A stretch of DNA of 64,000 bases from Terriglobales bacterium (GTDB lineage: Bacteria > Acidobacteriota > Terriglobia > Terriglobales > SCQP01): NCBI GenBank assembly GCA_035531375.1, contig DATKSZ010000063.1, forward strand, positions 3 to 64,002. Direction: 5' to 3'. Every line of letters starts with the position of its first letter. The stretch's first letter is position 1. The position numbers were made by a program, and so were the translations under genes. Shown here piece by piece: positions 1-8,730 of this stretch. The notes under the pieces are model-generated. The model ran no database searches. It had not been told where the DNA came from and saw only the letters and a list, made by a program, of their open reading frames with translations.

Positions 1-880
1 TGAGGATGTTGGCGGCGTCGAGGGAGCCCTCGGCGGAGCCGGCGCCGACCAGGGTGTGGAGCTCGTCGATGAAGATGATGATGTTCTGGTTTTCGATGAG
101 CTCCTTCATGATGGTCTTGAGGCGCTCTTCGAACTGGCCACGGTACTTGGTGCCGGCCACGATGAGGGAGAGGTCGAGGGCAAGGATGCGCTTTTCCGCC
201 AGGAAGGAGGGCACGTCGCTGTCGGCGATCTTCTGGGCAAGGCCCTCGACGATGGCGGTCTTGCCGACACCGGGCTCGCCGATGAGCACCGGGTTGTTCT
301 TGGTGCGGCGGCAGAGGATTTGGATGACGCGCTCGAGCTCGTGCTGGCGGCCGACGAGGGGATCGAGCTGGCCGTCGACGGCGGCCTGGGTGAGATCGCG
401 GCTGAACTCGACCAGCAGGGAGGACTCCTTGGGGCGGCTAGTACTGCGCTCCTGGGAGCTGCGGGCGAGGTCTTCGCGCACCTGGGCGAGGCGGAGGCCG
501 CGGTTTTGCAGCATCTCGGCGGCGAAGCAGCGCTCTTCGCGGAGCAGGCCGAGGAGGAGGTGCTCGGTGCCGATGTGCTTGTGGCTGAGGCGCTCGGCCT
601 CCTCGGCGGCGTAGTTGAGCACGCGCTTGCACTCGTGGCTGAGGGGCAGATCGACCGAGGTGGAGCCCTTTTCGCGCACGACCGTGCGGCCCTCGATTTC
701 CTTGCGGATGGCCTCGAGCGAGGCGTGGGTGCGGAGGAAGCGGTTGGTGAGGGTCTTGTCCTCGCGGAGCAGGCCGAGCAGCAGATGCTCGGACTCGATG
801 TAGGGGCTGCCGCACTGGCTGGCTTCGTAGCGCGCGAAGAAGATCACGCGGCGGGCTTTTTCGGTGTAGCGCTCGAACAT
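1..880 (-). CDS. clpC: ATP-dependent Clp protease ATP-binding subunit ClpC-like, 5' part only (gene runs off the left edge of the window)
   Basis: Absent from the ORF track because it has no stop inside the window. My reverse-strand translation from ATG 880-878 reads [41 protein letters not shown] (Clp_N repeat). Further on it reads [21 protein letters not shown] (Walker A) and [14 protein letters not shown] (Walker B). Plus-strand ORFs 6-614 and 56-907 are its antisense shadows. Confidence 0.85.
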   Translation of the reverse strand, partial: MFERYTEKARRVIFFARYEASQCGSPYIESEHLLLGLLREDKTLTNRFLRTHASLEAIRKEIEGRTVVREKGSTSVDLPLSHECKRVLNYAAEEAERLSHKHIGTEHLLLGLLREERCFAAEMLQNRGLRLAQVREDLARSSQERSTSRPKESSLLVEFSRDLTQAAVDGQLDPLVGRQHELERVIQILCRRTKNNPVLIGEPGVGKTAIVEGLAQKIADSDVPSFLAEKRILALDLSLIVAGTKYRGQFEERLKTIMKELIENQNIIIFIDELHTLVGAGSAEGSLDAANIL

Positions 881-885
881 ATCAC

Positions 886-1608
886 CTACTCGGTGGGATG
901 CAGTTGACCTTGGTGGAGGCGCAGGACGCGGTCGCAGCGGGCGGCCTGGGCGAGGTTGTGGGTAACCAGCAGGGAGGTGAGCCCCTGTTCGCGGTGCAAT
1001 TGGCGGAGGAGGTCAAACAGGGCGGCGCCGGTGCGCTCATCGAGGTTGCCGGTGGGCTCGTCGGCCATGAGGAAGGCGGGCGCGCCCACCAAGGCGCGCG
1101 CCATGGCGACGCGCTGCTGCTCGCCGCCGCTGAGCTCGCCGGCGCGGTGGACGGCGCGGTCGGCCAGGCCGACCCGGGCCAGCCAGCCGCGGGCGGCGGT
1201 GGCCGCCTGGGCTTGGCTTTGTCCGCGGATGAGCAGCGGCATCATGACATTTTCCTGGGCGGTAAACTCGGGCAGGAGATAGGACTGCTGCCAGACAAAA
1301 CCGATCTCGCCATTGCGGAACTCCGCCAATTGCTCCTCCCCCATGGCCGCCAGCGATCTTTGTCCGAAGTATACGTCACCGGCGGAAGGCCTGTCCAATC
1401 CGCTGAGCACATGCAAAAGACTACTCTTGCCGGTGCCGGACTCGCCCACAATCGCCACCATTTCGCCGCGCGCCAACTCCAGCGCGAGGTTGTCAAACAC
1501 CACCAGTTCGCCCCGGCCGGAGCGAAAGCGGCGGGCCAAACCCTGAGCCCGCAACGCCCTCTCTACCGGTTTGGATGCCGGACCGGGGATTTGGACTCCC
1601 ATTCCCAC
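886..1608 (-). CDS. lolD: Lipoprotein-releasing system ATP-binding protein LolD-like (MacB/LolD-type ABC ATPase)
   Basis: 240-aa ORF with Walker [13 protein letters not shown] signature LSGGEQQRV and Walker [13 protein letters not shown]. The track start at 1608 is GTG; ATG at 1602 is an alternative start. The stop lies 5 nt upstream of the clpC ATG. Confidence 0.85.
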   Translation of the reverse strand: MGMGVQIPGPASKPVERALRAQGLARRFRSGRGELVVFDNLALELARGEMVAIVGESGTGKSSLLHVLSGLDRPSAGDVYFGQRSLAAMGEEQLAEFRNGEIGFVWQQSYLLPEFTAQENVMMPLLIRGQSQAQAATAARGWLARVGLADRAVHRAGELSGGEQQRVAMARALVGAPAFLMADEPTGNLDERTGAALFDLLRQLHREQGLTSLLVTHNLAQAARCDRVLRLHQGQLHPTE

Positions 1609-1645
1609 CCTTGTAGTATGACGGAAAGCGGCGCGCCCGGCGGCT

Positions 1646-1654
1646 TGCTACACT
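1646..1654 (+). promoter_or_regulatory. Extended -10-like element TGcTACACT, 7 nt upstream of the lolC/E-family ATG (candidate leaderless promoter)
   Basis: Sequence ggcTTGCTACACTttggctgATG with no Shine-Dalgarno in between. The same 10-mer TTGCTACACT recurs at 41148-41157. Confidence 0.4.
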
Positions 1655-1661
1655 TTGGCTG

Positions 1662-2894
1662 ATGCGACTTCCGGGCTTCATCGCGCTGCGCTACCTGCGC
1701 CCCCGGCGCGGGCGCGGGGTGCTGTCGGTGGTCACCGCCATCGCCATCACCGGCTTCGCCGCCGGGGTGGGGGCGCTCATCCTGGCGCTGGCGGTGACCA
1801 ACGGCTTCCGCGACGCGCTGCAGAACGAGCTGGTGGGGGCGACCTCGCAGCTCAACCTGCTGAAGCGCGCGCCCACCCCCATCTCCGACTATCCGGCGCT
1901 GATGGAGCGGCTGCGCCATTTGCCGCACGTGGTGGCGGTGGCGCCGGAGATCTACCAGGTCGGACTGCTCATCCGGGGATCGAAGAGCCATGAGGTGGTG
2001 CTCAAGGGGATCGTGCCGCGAGAGGAGTTGCAGATCGGCCATATGCTGCAGAAGCTTTATGGCGGCAGCCTGGCGCCGCTGGAGCAGCAGCCGCAGGCGC
2101 CCAACCTGATCCTGGGCAAAGATTTGGCAGAGACGCTGGGGGCGGAGGTGGGATCGTCGGTGGACCTGTATCTGCCCAACGCCGAGCTGACGCCGCTGGG
2201 CATGGGGGGCAAACGGGTGTCGTTCCGGGTGGTGGGGATTTTCCAGACCGGCTACCTGGATTTCGACAGCGGCTGGGCCTACACCAGCCTGCGGGCGGCG
2301 CAGGCGTTAGCGCCGCAGAATCAGGGGGATTGGGCCAGCGACATCGAGTTTCACCTGGACAATATTTATGCCGCCGACGAGGTGGCGCGGGAGGCGGAGG
2401 CGGTGGCCGGGCCGGAGTTTACAACCACCACCTGGATCACGCAGAACCGGCCCATCTTTCAAGCGCTGCAGTTGGAGCGGCTGGGGACGCTGGTGGTGAT
2501 CAGCCTGGTGGTGTTGGTGGCGGCGCTGAATGTGCTCATCATGTTGACCATGCTGGTGATGGAGAAGCGCAAGGAGATCGCGGTGCTGCTCAGCCTGGGG
2601 GCGAGGCGGCGGCAGATCCGCCGCATCTTTGTCTACCAGGGGCTGTGGATAGCAGGGCTGGGAACGGGGCTGGGCCTGGGGCTGGCCTACCCGCTGGCGT
2701 GGGCGGCGAACCGCTACCATTGGATCCCGGTCTCGGCGCAGGTCTATGCGGTGGACTACATTCCGTTCCACGCCAACGCCTGGGACGGAGTGCTGGTGGC
2801 GGTGCTGGCGCTGGCGATTGCGTTTGTGGCGACGCTGTATCCGTCCCAGCGGGCGCTGGCGGTGCTGCCGGCCGAGACGCTGCGCTATGAGTAG
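1662..2894 (+). CDS. Lipoprotein-releasing system permease, LolC/LolE (FtsX) family
   Basis: 410 aa with N-terminal FIALRYLRPRRG. Topology is one TM, a large periplasmic domain, then three C-terminal TMs, typical of LolC/E/MacB-type permeases. Divergent from lolD. Confidence 0.85.
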   Translation: MRLPGFIALRYLRPRRGRGVLSVVTAIAITGFAAGVGALILALAVTNGFRDALQNELVGATSQLNLLKRAPTPISDYPALMERLRHLPHVVAVAPEIYQVGLLIRGSKSHEVVLKGIVPREELQIGHMLQKLYGGSLAPLEQQPQAPNLILGKDLAETLGAEVGSSVDLYLPNAELTPLGMGGKRVSFRVVGIFQTGYLDFDSGWAYTSLRAAQALAPQNQGDWASDIEFHLDNIYAADEVAREAEAVAGPEFTTTTWITQNRPIFQALQLERLGTLVVISLVVLVAALNVLIMLTMLVMEKRKEIAVLLSLGARRRQIRRIFVYQGLWIAGLGTGLGLGLAYPLAWAANRYHWIPVSAQVYAVDYIPFHANAWDGVLVAVLALAIAFVATLYPSQRALAVLPAETLRYE

Positions 2895-2910
2895 AAAGGG
2901 CTGAGGAGCA

Positions 2911-3717
2911 GTGCTGCGCACCCTACCCAAGGCGTGGCTGTCGCGGACGGCGGGGCGGGCGGCGCGGGCGCCCGCCTCGCGGGCGCTGATCCCGTGGTTT
3001 GCCCGCCACTACGGGATTGACCGGGCGGAAGCGGTGGTGCCGGAGGGCGGCTTCGCCAGCCTGCAACAGTTCTTCTGCCGCCAGCTTTTGCCCGAGCTGC
3101 GGCCGGTGGAGGCCGCGCCGCGGACGCTGGTGTCGCCGGTGGATGGAAGGCTGGGAGCGTGCGGCGGCATTGCGGAAGGGCAGCTCTGGCAGGCCAAGGG
3201 ACAGAGCTACGAGCTGGCGGCGCTGTTGGCGGACGCGGCGGCGGCGGAACGCTTTCGGGGCGGGAGCTACGCCACGCTGTACCTGGCGCCGGGCGACTAT
3301 CACCGGGTACACGCGCCGGCAGCGGGGCGGGTGGCGGCGGCGCAGTACGTTCCGGGCGAATACTGGCCGGTCAACCCGCGGGCGGTAGCCAAGATTCCGG
3401 GCTTGTTCACGGCCAATGAGCGATTGATCACCTTCTTGGACACGGCCGAGGGGCAAGTGGCACTGGTGATGGTGGGGGCTTGCCTGGTGGGGGGAATCCG
3501 GGTGAACTACGACCCGGCCTGGAACGCCGGTCCGGGGCCGCACCGCGCCGCCGAACGCCACTACGAGCCGGCGGCGGAATTTGCCCGTGGGCAGGAGTTG
3601 GGGCGGTTCGAGTTTGGTTCCACGGTCATCGTGCTGAGCGAGGCCGCGATGGGGGGCGAGATGGTGGCGCAGGCGGGGACGCATCTGTGCTATGGCGAGC
3701 CGCTGTTGAAGTTTTAG
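2911..3717 (+). CDS. psd: Phosphatidylserine decarboxylase proenzyme
   Basis: 268 aa with motifs LVSPVDGR, APGDYHRVHAP, GLFTANERL and the self-cleavage region FEFGSTVIVL. Confidence 0.9.
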   Translation: MLRTLPKAWLSRTAGRAARAPASRALIPWFARHYGIDRAEAVVPEGGFASLQQFFCRQLLPELRPVEAAPRTLVSPVDGRLGACGGIAEGQLWQAKGQSYELAALLADAAAAERFRGGSYATLYLAPGDYHRVHAPAAGRVAAAQYVPGEYWPVNPRAVAKIPGLFTANERLITFLDTAEGQVALVMVGACLVGGIRVNYDPAWNAGPGPHRAAERHYEPAAEFARGQELGRFEFGSTVIVLSEAAMGGEMVAQAGTHLCYGEPLLKF

Positions 3718-3718
3718 G

Positions 3719-5464
3719 TTAGCGGCGCTGCAGGCGCGCGAGCAGAGCTTCCACAGGCAGGGTATTGAGGACGTCGCCGGCTTCCAGCCAGCCGCGGCGG
3801 GCGGTGGCGAGGCCATAGCGGATATTGGCCAAGTGGCGGGGGTGGTGGGCATCGGTGTTGACGACGACGGGGAGGCCGAGTTGGCGGCAGCGGCGGGCCT
3901 GGGTGTCGTTGATATCGAGGCGTTCGGGGGAGGCGTTGATCTCGAGGGCCACGCCGTGGGCGAGGCAGGCCTCGAGCACGCGCTCGAAGTCAAAGCGGTA
4001 GGGCTCGCGGCGCAGCAGCAGGCGGCCGCTGGGGTGGCCCAGGATGTCGAGGTGGGGGTTGGCCACGGCGCGCAGCAGGCGGGCGGTGGTCTCCTCCTGG
4101 GGCTGGTCAAAACGCGAGTGGATGCTGCCGATGACCACGTCGAGTTGGGCCAGGACCTCGTCGGCGAGGTCGAGGCGGCCGTCGGCGAGGATATCCACCT
4201 CGACGCCGGCGAGAATGCGAAAGCCGGGATGGTGGAGTTGGAAGGCGCGCTCGGCGGCGCGGATGCGGGCCAGGTGCTCCAGCATGCGGCGCTCATCCAG
4301 GCCGTTGGCCATGGCGAGGGCCTGGGAGTGGTCGGTGATGGCGATGTATTGGTAGCCGCGGGCGGCGGCGGCCTCGGCCATCTCTTCGATGGTGGCGCGG
4401 CCGTCGGTGGCGACGGTGTGCATATGGAGGTCGCCGCGCAGGTCGGCGGCCTCGATCAGGCGGGGCAGGGCGCCGGCGGCGGCGGCTTCGATCTCGCCGC
4501 TGGCCTCGCGCAACTCGGGCGGGATCCAGGCCAAGCCGAGGGCGGTGTAGATCTCGGCCTCGGTGGCGCCGGCGACGCGCTCGCCGTCGCCCTCGCGGAA
4601 CAAGCCGTACTCGTTGAGCTTGAGGCCGGCCTGCTGGGCGCGGGCGCGGAGGCTGATGTTGTGTTGCTGCGAACCGGTGAAGTATTGCAGGGCAGCGCCC
4701 AAACTCTCCGGCGGCAGGAGTCGGAAATCCACCTGCAGGCCGCCGTGCAGGCGCAGCGAGATCTTGTTTTCGCCCTGGGCCAGCACTTGGTCGAGTCCGG
4801 GGGCGTGGAGGATGCGCTCGACCGCGGCCTGGCCGGCCGCGGGGAAGTCCTGGCCGCACAGCAGCAGGTCGAGGTCGCCGACGGTGTCCTTGCCGCGGCG
4901 GTAGGAGCCGGCGACGGCCAGTTCGAGCACGCCGGGGGCGGAGGCGAGGGCGGGGAGGAGGCGGTCGAGCGCCTCCTCGGCCTGGTCGCGGCGGAAGCGG
5001 CCGCCCAGCTCGCGGCGCACGGCGATGGCCTTGAGGATCTTTTCCTCGGCCTTGGCGCCCAAGCGGGGCAGCAGGCGCAGCTTGCCGGCGCGGGCCAGGG
5101 CCTCCACCTCGTCGAGGGACGCGGCGTGGTAGGTTTCCCAAATCAAGGCAATGGTCTTGGGGCCCAGGCCGGAAACCTGCAGCAGCTCGAGCATGCCCGG
5201 CTGGAAGCGCTGCAGCAGCTCTTGCAGCAGGCGCAACTCGCCGGTCGCCACCAGCTCGCGGATGTGTTCGCTCATGGTGCGGCCGATGCCGGGCAGCGCT
5301 TGCAAGAGCTTGGGGTCGTGGCAGAGGCCGGCCAGGGGCTGCGGCCAGGCCTCGACGGTGTCGGCGGCCTTGCGGTAGCTGCGGACGCGGAAGCCGTCCT
5401 CGCCGGCGACCTCCATCAGGTCGGCGGTTTGGCGCAGGCGGCGCGCGATCTCCTGGTTCTCCAT
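3719..5464 (-). CDS. polX: DNA polymerase X family protein with C-terminal PHP phosphoesterase domain
   Basis: 581 aa. It has N-terminal HhH motifs (LPGIGRTMSEHI, VSGLGPKT), the nucleotidyltransferase motif GSYRRGKDTVGDLDLLL and a PHP domain beginning DLHMHTVATDG. Confidence 0.9.
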   Translation of the reverse strand: MENQEIARRLRQTADLMEVAGEDGFRVRSYRKAADTVEAWPQPLAGLCHDPKLLQALPGIGRTMSEHIRELVATGELRLLQELLQRFQPGMLELLQVSGLGPKTIALIWETYHAASLDEVEALARAGKLRLLPRLGAKAEEKILKAIAVRRELGGRFRRDQAEEALDRLLPALASAPGVLELAVAGSYRRGKDTVGDLDLLLCGQDFPAAGQAAVERILHAPGLDQVLAQGENKISLRLHGGLQVDFRLLPPESLGAALQYFTGSQQHNISLRARAQQAGLKLNEYGLFREGDGERVAGATEAEIYTALGLAWIPPELREASGEIEAAAAGALPRLIEAADLRGDLHMHTVATDGRATIEEMAEAAAARGYQYIAITDHSQALAMANGLDERRMLEHLARIRAAERAFQLHHPGFRILAGVEVDILADGRLDLADEVLAQLDVVIGSIHSRFDQPQEETTARLLRAVANPHLDILGHPSGRLLLRREPYRFDFERVLEACLAHGVALEINASPERLDINDTQARRCRQLGLPVVVNTDAHHPRHLANIRYGLATARRGWLEAGDVLNTLPVEALLARLQRR

Positions 5465-5471
5465 TCGACCC

Positions 5472-5480
5472 AGCCTAGCA
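5472..5480 (-). promoter_or_regulatory. Extended -10-like element TGcTAGGCT, 7 nt upstream of the polX ATG (candidate leaderless promoter)
   Basis: The minus strand reads aaacTGCTAGGCTgggtcgaATGGAG, with no SD between the hexamer and the ATG. Confidence 0.35.
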
Positions 5481-5568
5481 GTTTCAAAAGGGAAAAGCGG
5501 TCCTGTGCTATGCCCCGGCTCTGATGTATGATTAGGACGTTGAGGAGCGCGGTTCCCCGGAGAGAAGT

Positions 5569-5841
5569 GTGCCCGACGATCTGACCCAGGACGTGATTGC
5601 CGTCATCGCCCGCGAGCAGCGCCTGCCTGCGGAATCCATCTCTCCCGACGCCACCTTCGACGAGTTGAAGATTGACTCGCTCGACGGGGTCAACATTGTC
5701 TTCGCGCTGGAGGAGAAGTACAACCTCACCATTCCCGACGAGGTGGCGCGCGAGATGAAGAGCGTGCGCCAGGTGGTGGAGGCGTTGCGGAAGCAACTGG
5801 GCGCGGGCATCGCGGTGATGGACGGCTCGACTCCCGCCTAG
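5569..5841 (+). CDS. Acyl carrier protein (specialised, AcpXL/NodF-like)
   Basis: 90 aa with a GTG start preceded by GGAGAG. The phosphopantetheine attachment motif is FDELKIDSLDGVNIVFALEEKYNLTIP. Its stop is 2 nt from the next gene. Confidence 0.85.
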   Translation: MPDDLTQDVIAVIAREQRLPAESISPDATFDELKIDSLDGVNIVFALEEKYNLTIPDEVAREMKSVRQVVEALRKQLGAGIAVMDGSTPA

Positions 5842-5843
5842 AC

Positions 5844-7088
5844 ATGCACAGGGTAGTGATCACCGGGTTTGCGGTGCTCTCCGCCACCGGCTCCGACCCC
5901 ACCCGTTTTTGGGAACAGTTGGCCAGCGGGCGCTCCGGGCTGGGGCCGCTGACGCGGGTGCGCTCGCCGCTGTTGAGCACCGGAACGGTGGGCGAGATCA
6001 ACGACTTCTACCCGGAGCAGCACTTCGGCAAAGAGATCGAGCTGCTGGACCGGTTTGCCCAGTTCGGGGTGGTGTGCGCGCGCGGGGCGCTGGCGCACGC
6101 CGGCCTGCCGCGGCGGCTGGACCAGGAGGGAAGTCCCTATGCCCCCGAGCGGGTGGCGGTGCTGACCGGCACGGGCATGGGCGGCATCGGCACCCAAGAC
6201 CAGGGCTTCCGCCAGATGTATGGCGAGGGCAACCACCGGGTGCATCCGTTCCTAATCCCGCGCGCGATGTACAGCGCCGCCAGCTCGCATATCGGCATGG
6301 ACACGGGGGCGCGCGGGCCGAGCTTCACCATCTCCACCGCCTGCGCCTCCTCCACCCACGCGCTGGGGGAGGCGTGGCGGCGGGTGCGCGACGGCAGCTC
6401 CGATATGGTGATTGCCGGCGGCAGCGATGCGCCGCTGACGTTTGGGGTGATCAAGGCGTGGGAGGCGATGCGGGTGCTGGCGCCCGCCGGCGACGACCCC
6501 AGCCGGGCGTGCCGGCCCTTCAGCCGCGACCGCGGCGGGCTGGTGCTGGCCGAGGGGGCGGCGATGTTTGTGCTGGAGTCGGAGGAGGGAGCGGCGCGCC
6601 GCGGGGCGGCGGTGCTGGCCGAGCTGGCCGGCTACGGCGCCAGCGCCGACGCCGGCCACATCACCCAGCCGACGCTCGAGGGCCCAGCCCAAGCCATGCG
6701 CGAAGCCATGAGCACTGCCGGGCTGGGGCCGGAGGAGGTGGATTACATCAACGCTCACGGCACCGGCACCAAGCTCAACGACGCCACCGAGATCGCCGCC
6801 ATCAAGGCGGTGTTCGGCGAGCAGGCCGAGCGGCTTTCGATCAGCTCGACCAAATCCATGCACGGCCACGCCATGGGTGCCAGCGGCGCGATCGAGCTCG
6901 CCGCCACGCTGCTGGCGCTGCAGCACCAGGTGGTGCCCCCGACCGCGAACTTCACCACTCCCGACCCCGAGTGCGATCTGGACGTCACCCCCAACCAAGC
7001 CAAGCCGCGCCCGTTGCGGGCGGCCCTGTCCAACTCGTTTGCCTTCGGCGGGCTGAACGCGGTGCTGGCGGTTCGCAGGCGCAATTAG
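5844..7088 (+). CDS. Beta-ketoacyl-ACP synthase II family protein
   Basis: 414 aa with the active-site Cys in ISTACASSTHALG and His motifs INAHGTGTKLND and SMHGHAMGASG. C-terminal FAFGGLNAVL. Confidence 0.9.
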   Translation: MHRVVITGFAVLSATGSDPTRFWEQLASGRSGLGPLTRVRSPLLSTGTVGEINDFYPEQHFGKEIELLDRFAQFGVVCARGALAHAGLPRRLDQEGSPYAPERVAVLTGTGMGGIGTQDQGFRQMYGEGNHRVHPFLIPRAMYSAASSHIGMDTGARGPSFTISTACASSTHALGEAWRRVRDGSSDMVIAGGSDAPLTFGVIKAWEAMRVLAPAGDDPSRACRPFSRDRGGLVLAEGAAMFVLESEEGAARRGAAVLAELAGYGASADAGHITQPTLEGPAQAMREAMSTAGLGPEEVDYINAHGTGTKLNDATEIAAIKAVFGEQAERLSISSTKSMHGHAMGASGAIELAATLLALQHQVVPPTANFTTPDPECDLDVTPNQAKPRPLRAALSNSFAFGGLNAVLAVRRRN

Positions 7089-7274
7089 CCATCTGCCCAT
7101 TGCCAAGCGCGCTGTTTGGTTGCCTGCTCTCCGCCGTGGGAGACGGAGGCTCGCAACTACGCGAGGTTTCGCGCGCCCACGGTGGTGTGCCGGTGGTGGG
7201 CGGCGTGCGGCTGGCTACGGGCCGGCGCACCGGGCTACTCGCGTCGCCATCGCCATCACCTTGCCGGCGCGCGG

Positions 7275-7706
7275 TTAGGTGTGGTTTGCGGTGAGAGGAT
7301 TCCGCACCGTAATGCCGCGCAAGATTCGGCCTGATTGAAGGTCTTCGGTGTAGAGCACAGCGCAGCCGGCTCGTGCTGCCGCCGCGACGAGCAGGCTGTC
7401 CCAGAAGGAGATGCGGTGGGTGACCACGGAATCAATCGCCTCCAGAATCAGGTCGGGCGAGACCTGAACGATTTCGAAGACCGAGAACGTAGCAAGAATC
7501 TCCTTGGCGGCCAACGGGTCAATTCCCAGTTTCCGCGTGGCCGCGGAGAAAAAGTCCTGCATGACCTGGGTCGAAACGACGCCCAGGCCGGAGGCGGCCT
7601 GCTCTCGGATCAGTTCACGGCTCCGTGGCTGCTTGCGCGGGTCGGCGGCGTCGTGAGCGTAGACAAAAATATTTGTGTCGAGGAATGCCTTAGCGCTAGT
7701 CCTCAT
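7275..7706 (-). CDS. vapC: PIN-domain ribonuclease toxin VapC
   Basis: PIN signatures FLDTNIFVYA, SFWDSLLVAAAARAG and LYTEDL. I place the start at ATG 7706 (MRTSAKAFLDTN), which overlaps the upstream antitoxin stop by 11 nt (ttATGAGGACTAG). The track ORF extends to 7757. Confidence 0.8.
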   Translation of the reverse strand: MRTSAKAFLDTNIFVYAHDAADPRKQPRSRELIREQAASGLGVVSTQVMQDFFSAATRKLGIDPLAAKEILATFSVFEIVQVSPDLILEAIDSVVTHRISFWDSLLVAAAARAGCAVLYTEDLQSGRILRGITVRNPLTANHT

Positions 7707-7884
7707 AAAGGTCTTGGCGGCGCCACTTCCAGCCGCCCGAGTTGCCCGGGTGGGCATCCATCAGGCGAAACATCTCCTCGACGCCAGCGGTCGCGTCCTG
7801 GACCACGGCGCGGGCCAGAAGATCCCGCACCAGTTGATTCAGCGTGGTCTGATGGCGATCGGCGTAGGCACGGCCCGCAGCCAA
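7696..7884 (-). CDS. vapB: VapB-type (ribbon-helix-helix-like) antitoxin, apparently frameshifted near the 5' end
   Basis: The 62-aa TTG-start ORF reads LAAGRAYADRHQTTLNQLVRDLLARAV. A typical antitoxin N-terminus, MKNITLALERP, is encoded from ATG 7916 in another frame and stops after 25 codons. See findings. Confidence 0.65.
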   Translation of the reverse strand: MAAGRAYADRHQTTLNQLVRDLLARAVVQDATAGVEEMFRLMDAHPGNSGGWKWRRQDLYED

Positions 7885-7922
7885 GGTCGCTCCAGGGCTA
7901 GGGTAATGTTCTTCATGCAGGG

Positions 7923-7944
7923 ATTATAGTACACGTATTACGTG
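7923..7944 (-). promoter_or_regulatory. vapBC promoter/operator: TATAAT -10 box 6 nt from ATG 7916, plus an adjacent 13-bp palindrome CACGTA-t-TACGTG
   Basis: The minus strand reads gcgCACGTAaTACGTGtacTATAATccctgcATGAAG. The perfect inverted repeat at 7932-7944 covers the -35 region, as expected for an autoregulated TA operator. Confidence 0.55.
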
Positions 7945-7952
7945 CGCACAGA

Positions 7953-8690
7953 TTATGTGGCAAGTGACGTGGCCCAGGCTTCGGCTTGGGCGAGGTCTTC
8001 GGGGGTGTCAATGCCGATGGTGTTGAACTGGGTCGCCGCCATGGCGATGCGCACGCCGTGGTGGAGGAAGCGGAGCTGCTCGAGGCGCTCGATCAACTCC
8101 AGGGGCGAGGGTGGCCAGGCGTGGAAGGCGTTGAGGGCCGAGCGCGAGTAGGCGTAGAAGCCCAGGTGCTTGTGGTACTGCGGCGAACCTTCGCGTGGGA
8201 AGGGAATGGGGGCGCGGGAAAAATAGAGGGCCAGGCCGCTCTCTTCCATAACCACCTTGCAGGCGCTGGGCAATTGCGCTTCTTCGGCGGACACAGGGGT
8301 GAAGAGCGAGGCCACCTCGACCTCGGGGGCGGAAAAAAGCGCCTCGACCAGGGTGGCAATCATCTCGTGGCGCACCATGGGTTCGTCGCCTTGGATATTG
8401 ACGGCGGCGTCGGCGCCGAGTTCCTCCACCACCTGCCAGACCCGATCGGTGCCGGAGGCGTGGTCGGCCGAGGTCATGTGCACGGGAATCCCCGAGGCGT
8501 GGCAAAAGTCGGCGATTTCGGGGCCGTCGGTGGCCACCACGACGTGGCGCAGGCGCTGGCAGCGGGCGACGCCCTCGTAGACCCTTTGGATCATGGGCAC
8601 GCCGGCAATTGTACGCAGAGGTTTGCCGGGCAGGCGAGTGGCGCCCATGCGGGCGGGGATGACGCCGATCACATTTGCGGTAGGCAGCAC
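7953..8690 (-). CDS. kdsB: 3-deoxy-manno-octulosonate cytidylyltransferase (CMP-Kdo synthetase)
   Basis: 245 aa with GVIPARMGATRLPGKPL, TSADHASGTDR and NIQGDEPMV. GTG start, with TAGCCT 6 nt upstream. Confidence 0.9.
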   Translation of the reverse strand: MLPTANVIGVIPARMGATRLPGKPLRTIAGVPMIQRVYEGVARCQRLRHVVVATDGPEIADFCHASGIPVHMTSADHASGTDRVWQVVEELGADAAVNIQGDEPMVRHEMIATLVEALFSAPEVEVASLFTPVSAEEAQLPSACKVVMEESGLALYFSRAPIPFPREGSPQYHKHLGFYAYSRSALNAFHAWPPSPLELIERLEQLRFLHHGVRIAMAATQFNTIGIDTPEDLAQAEAWATSLAT

Positions 8691-8730
8691 ACGAATAGGC
8701 TACCCGAAAAGCCGCGACTACTGAAGGTGG

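Noticed and set aside
6-907. Plus-strand ORFs 6-614 and 56-907 at the left edge.
   Set aside because: The reverse strand encodes a clear ClpC N-terminus and Walker motifs. That gene is missing from the track only because it runs off the window.
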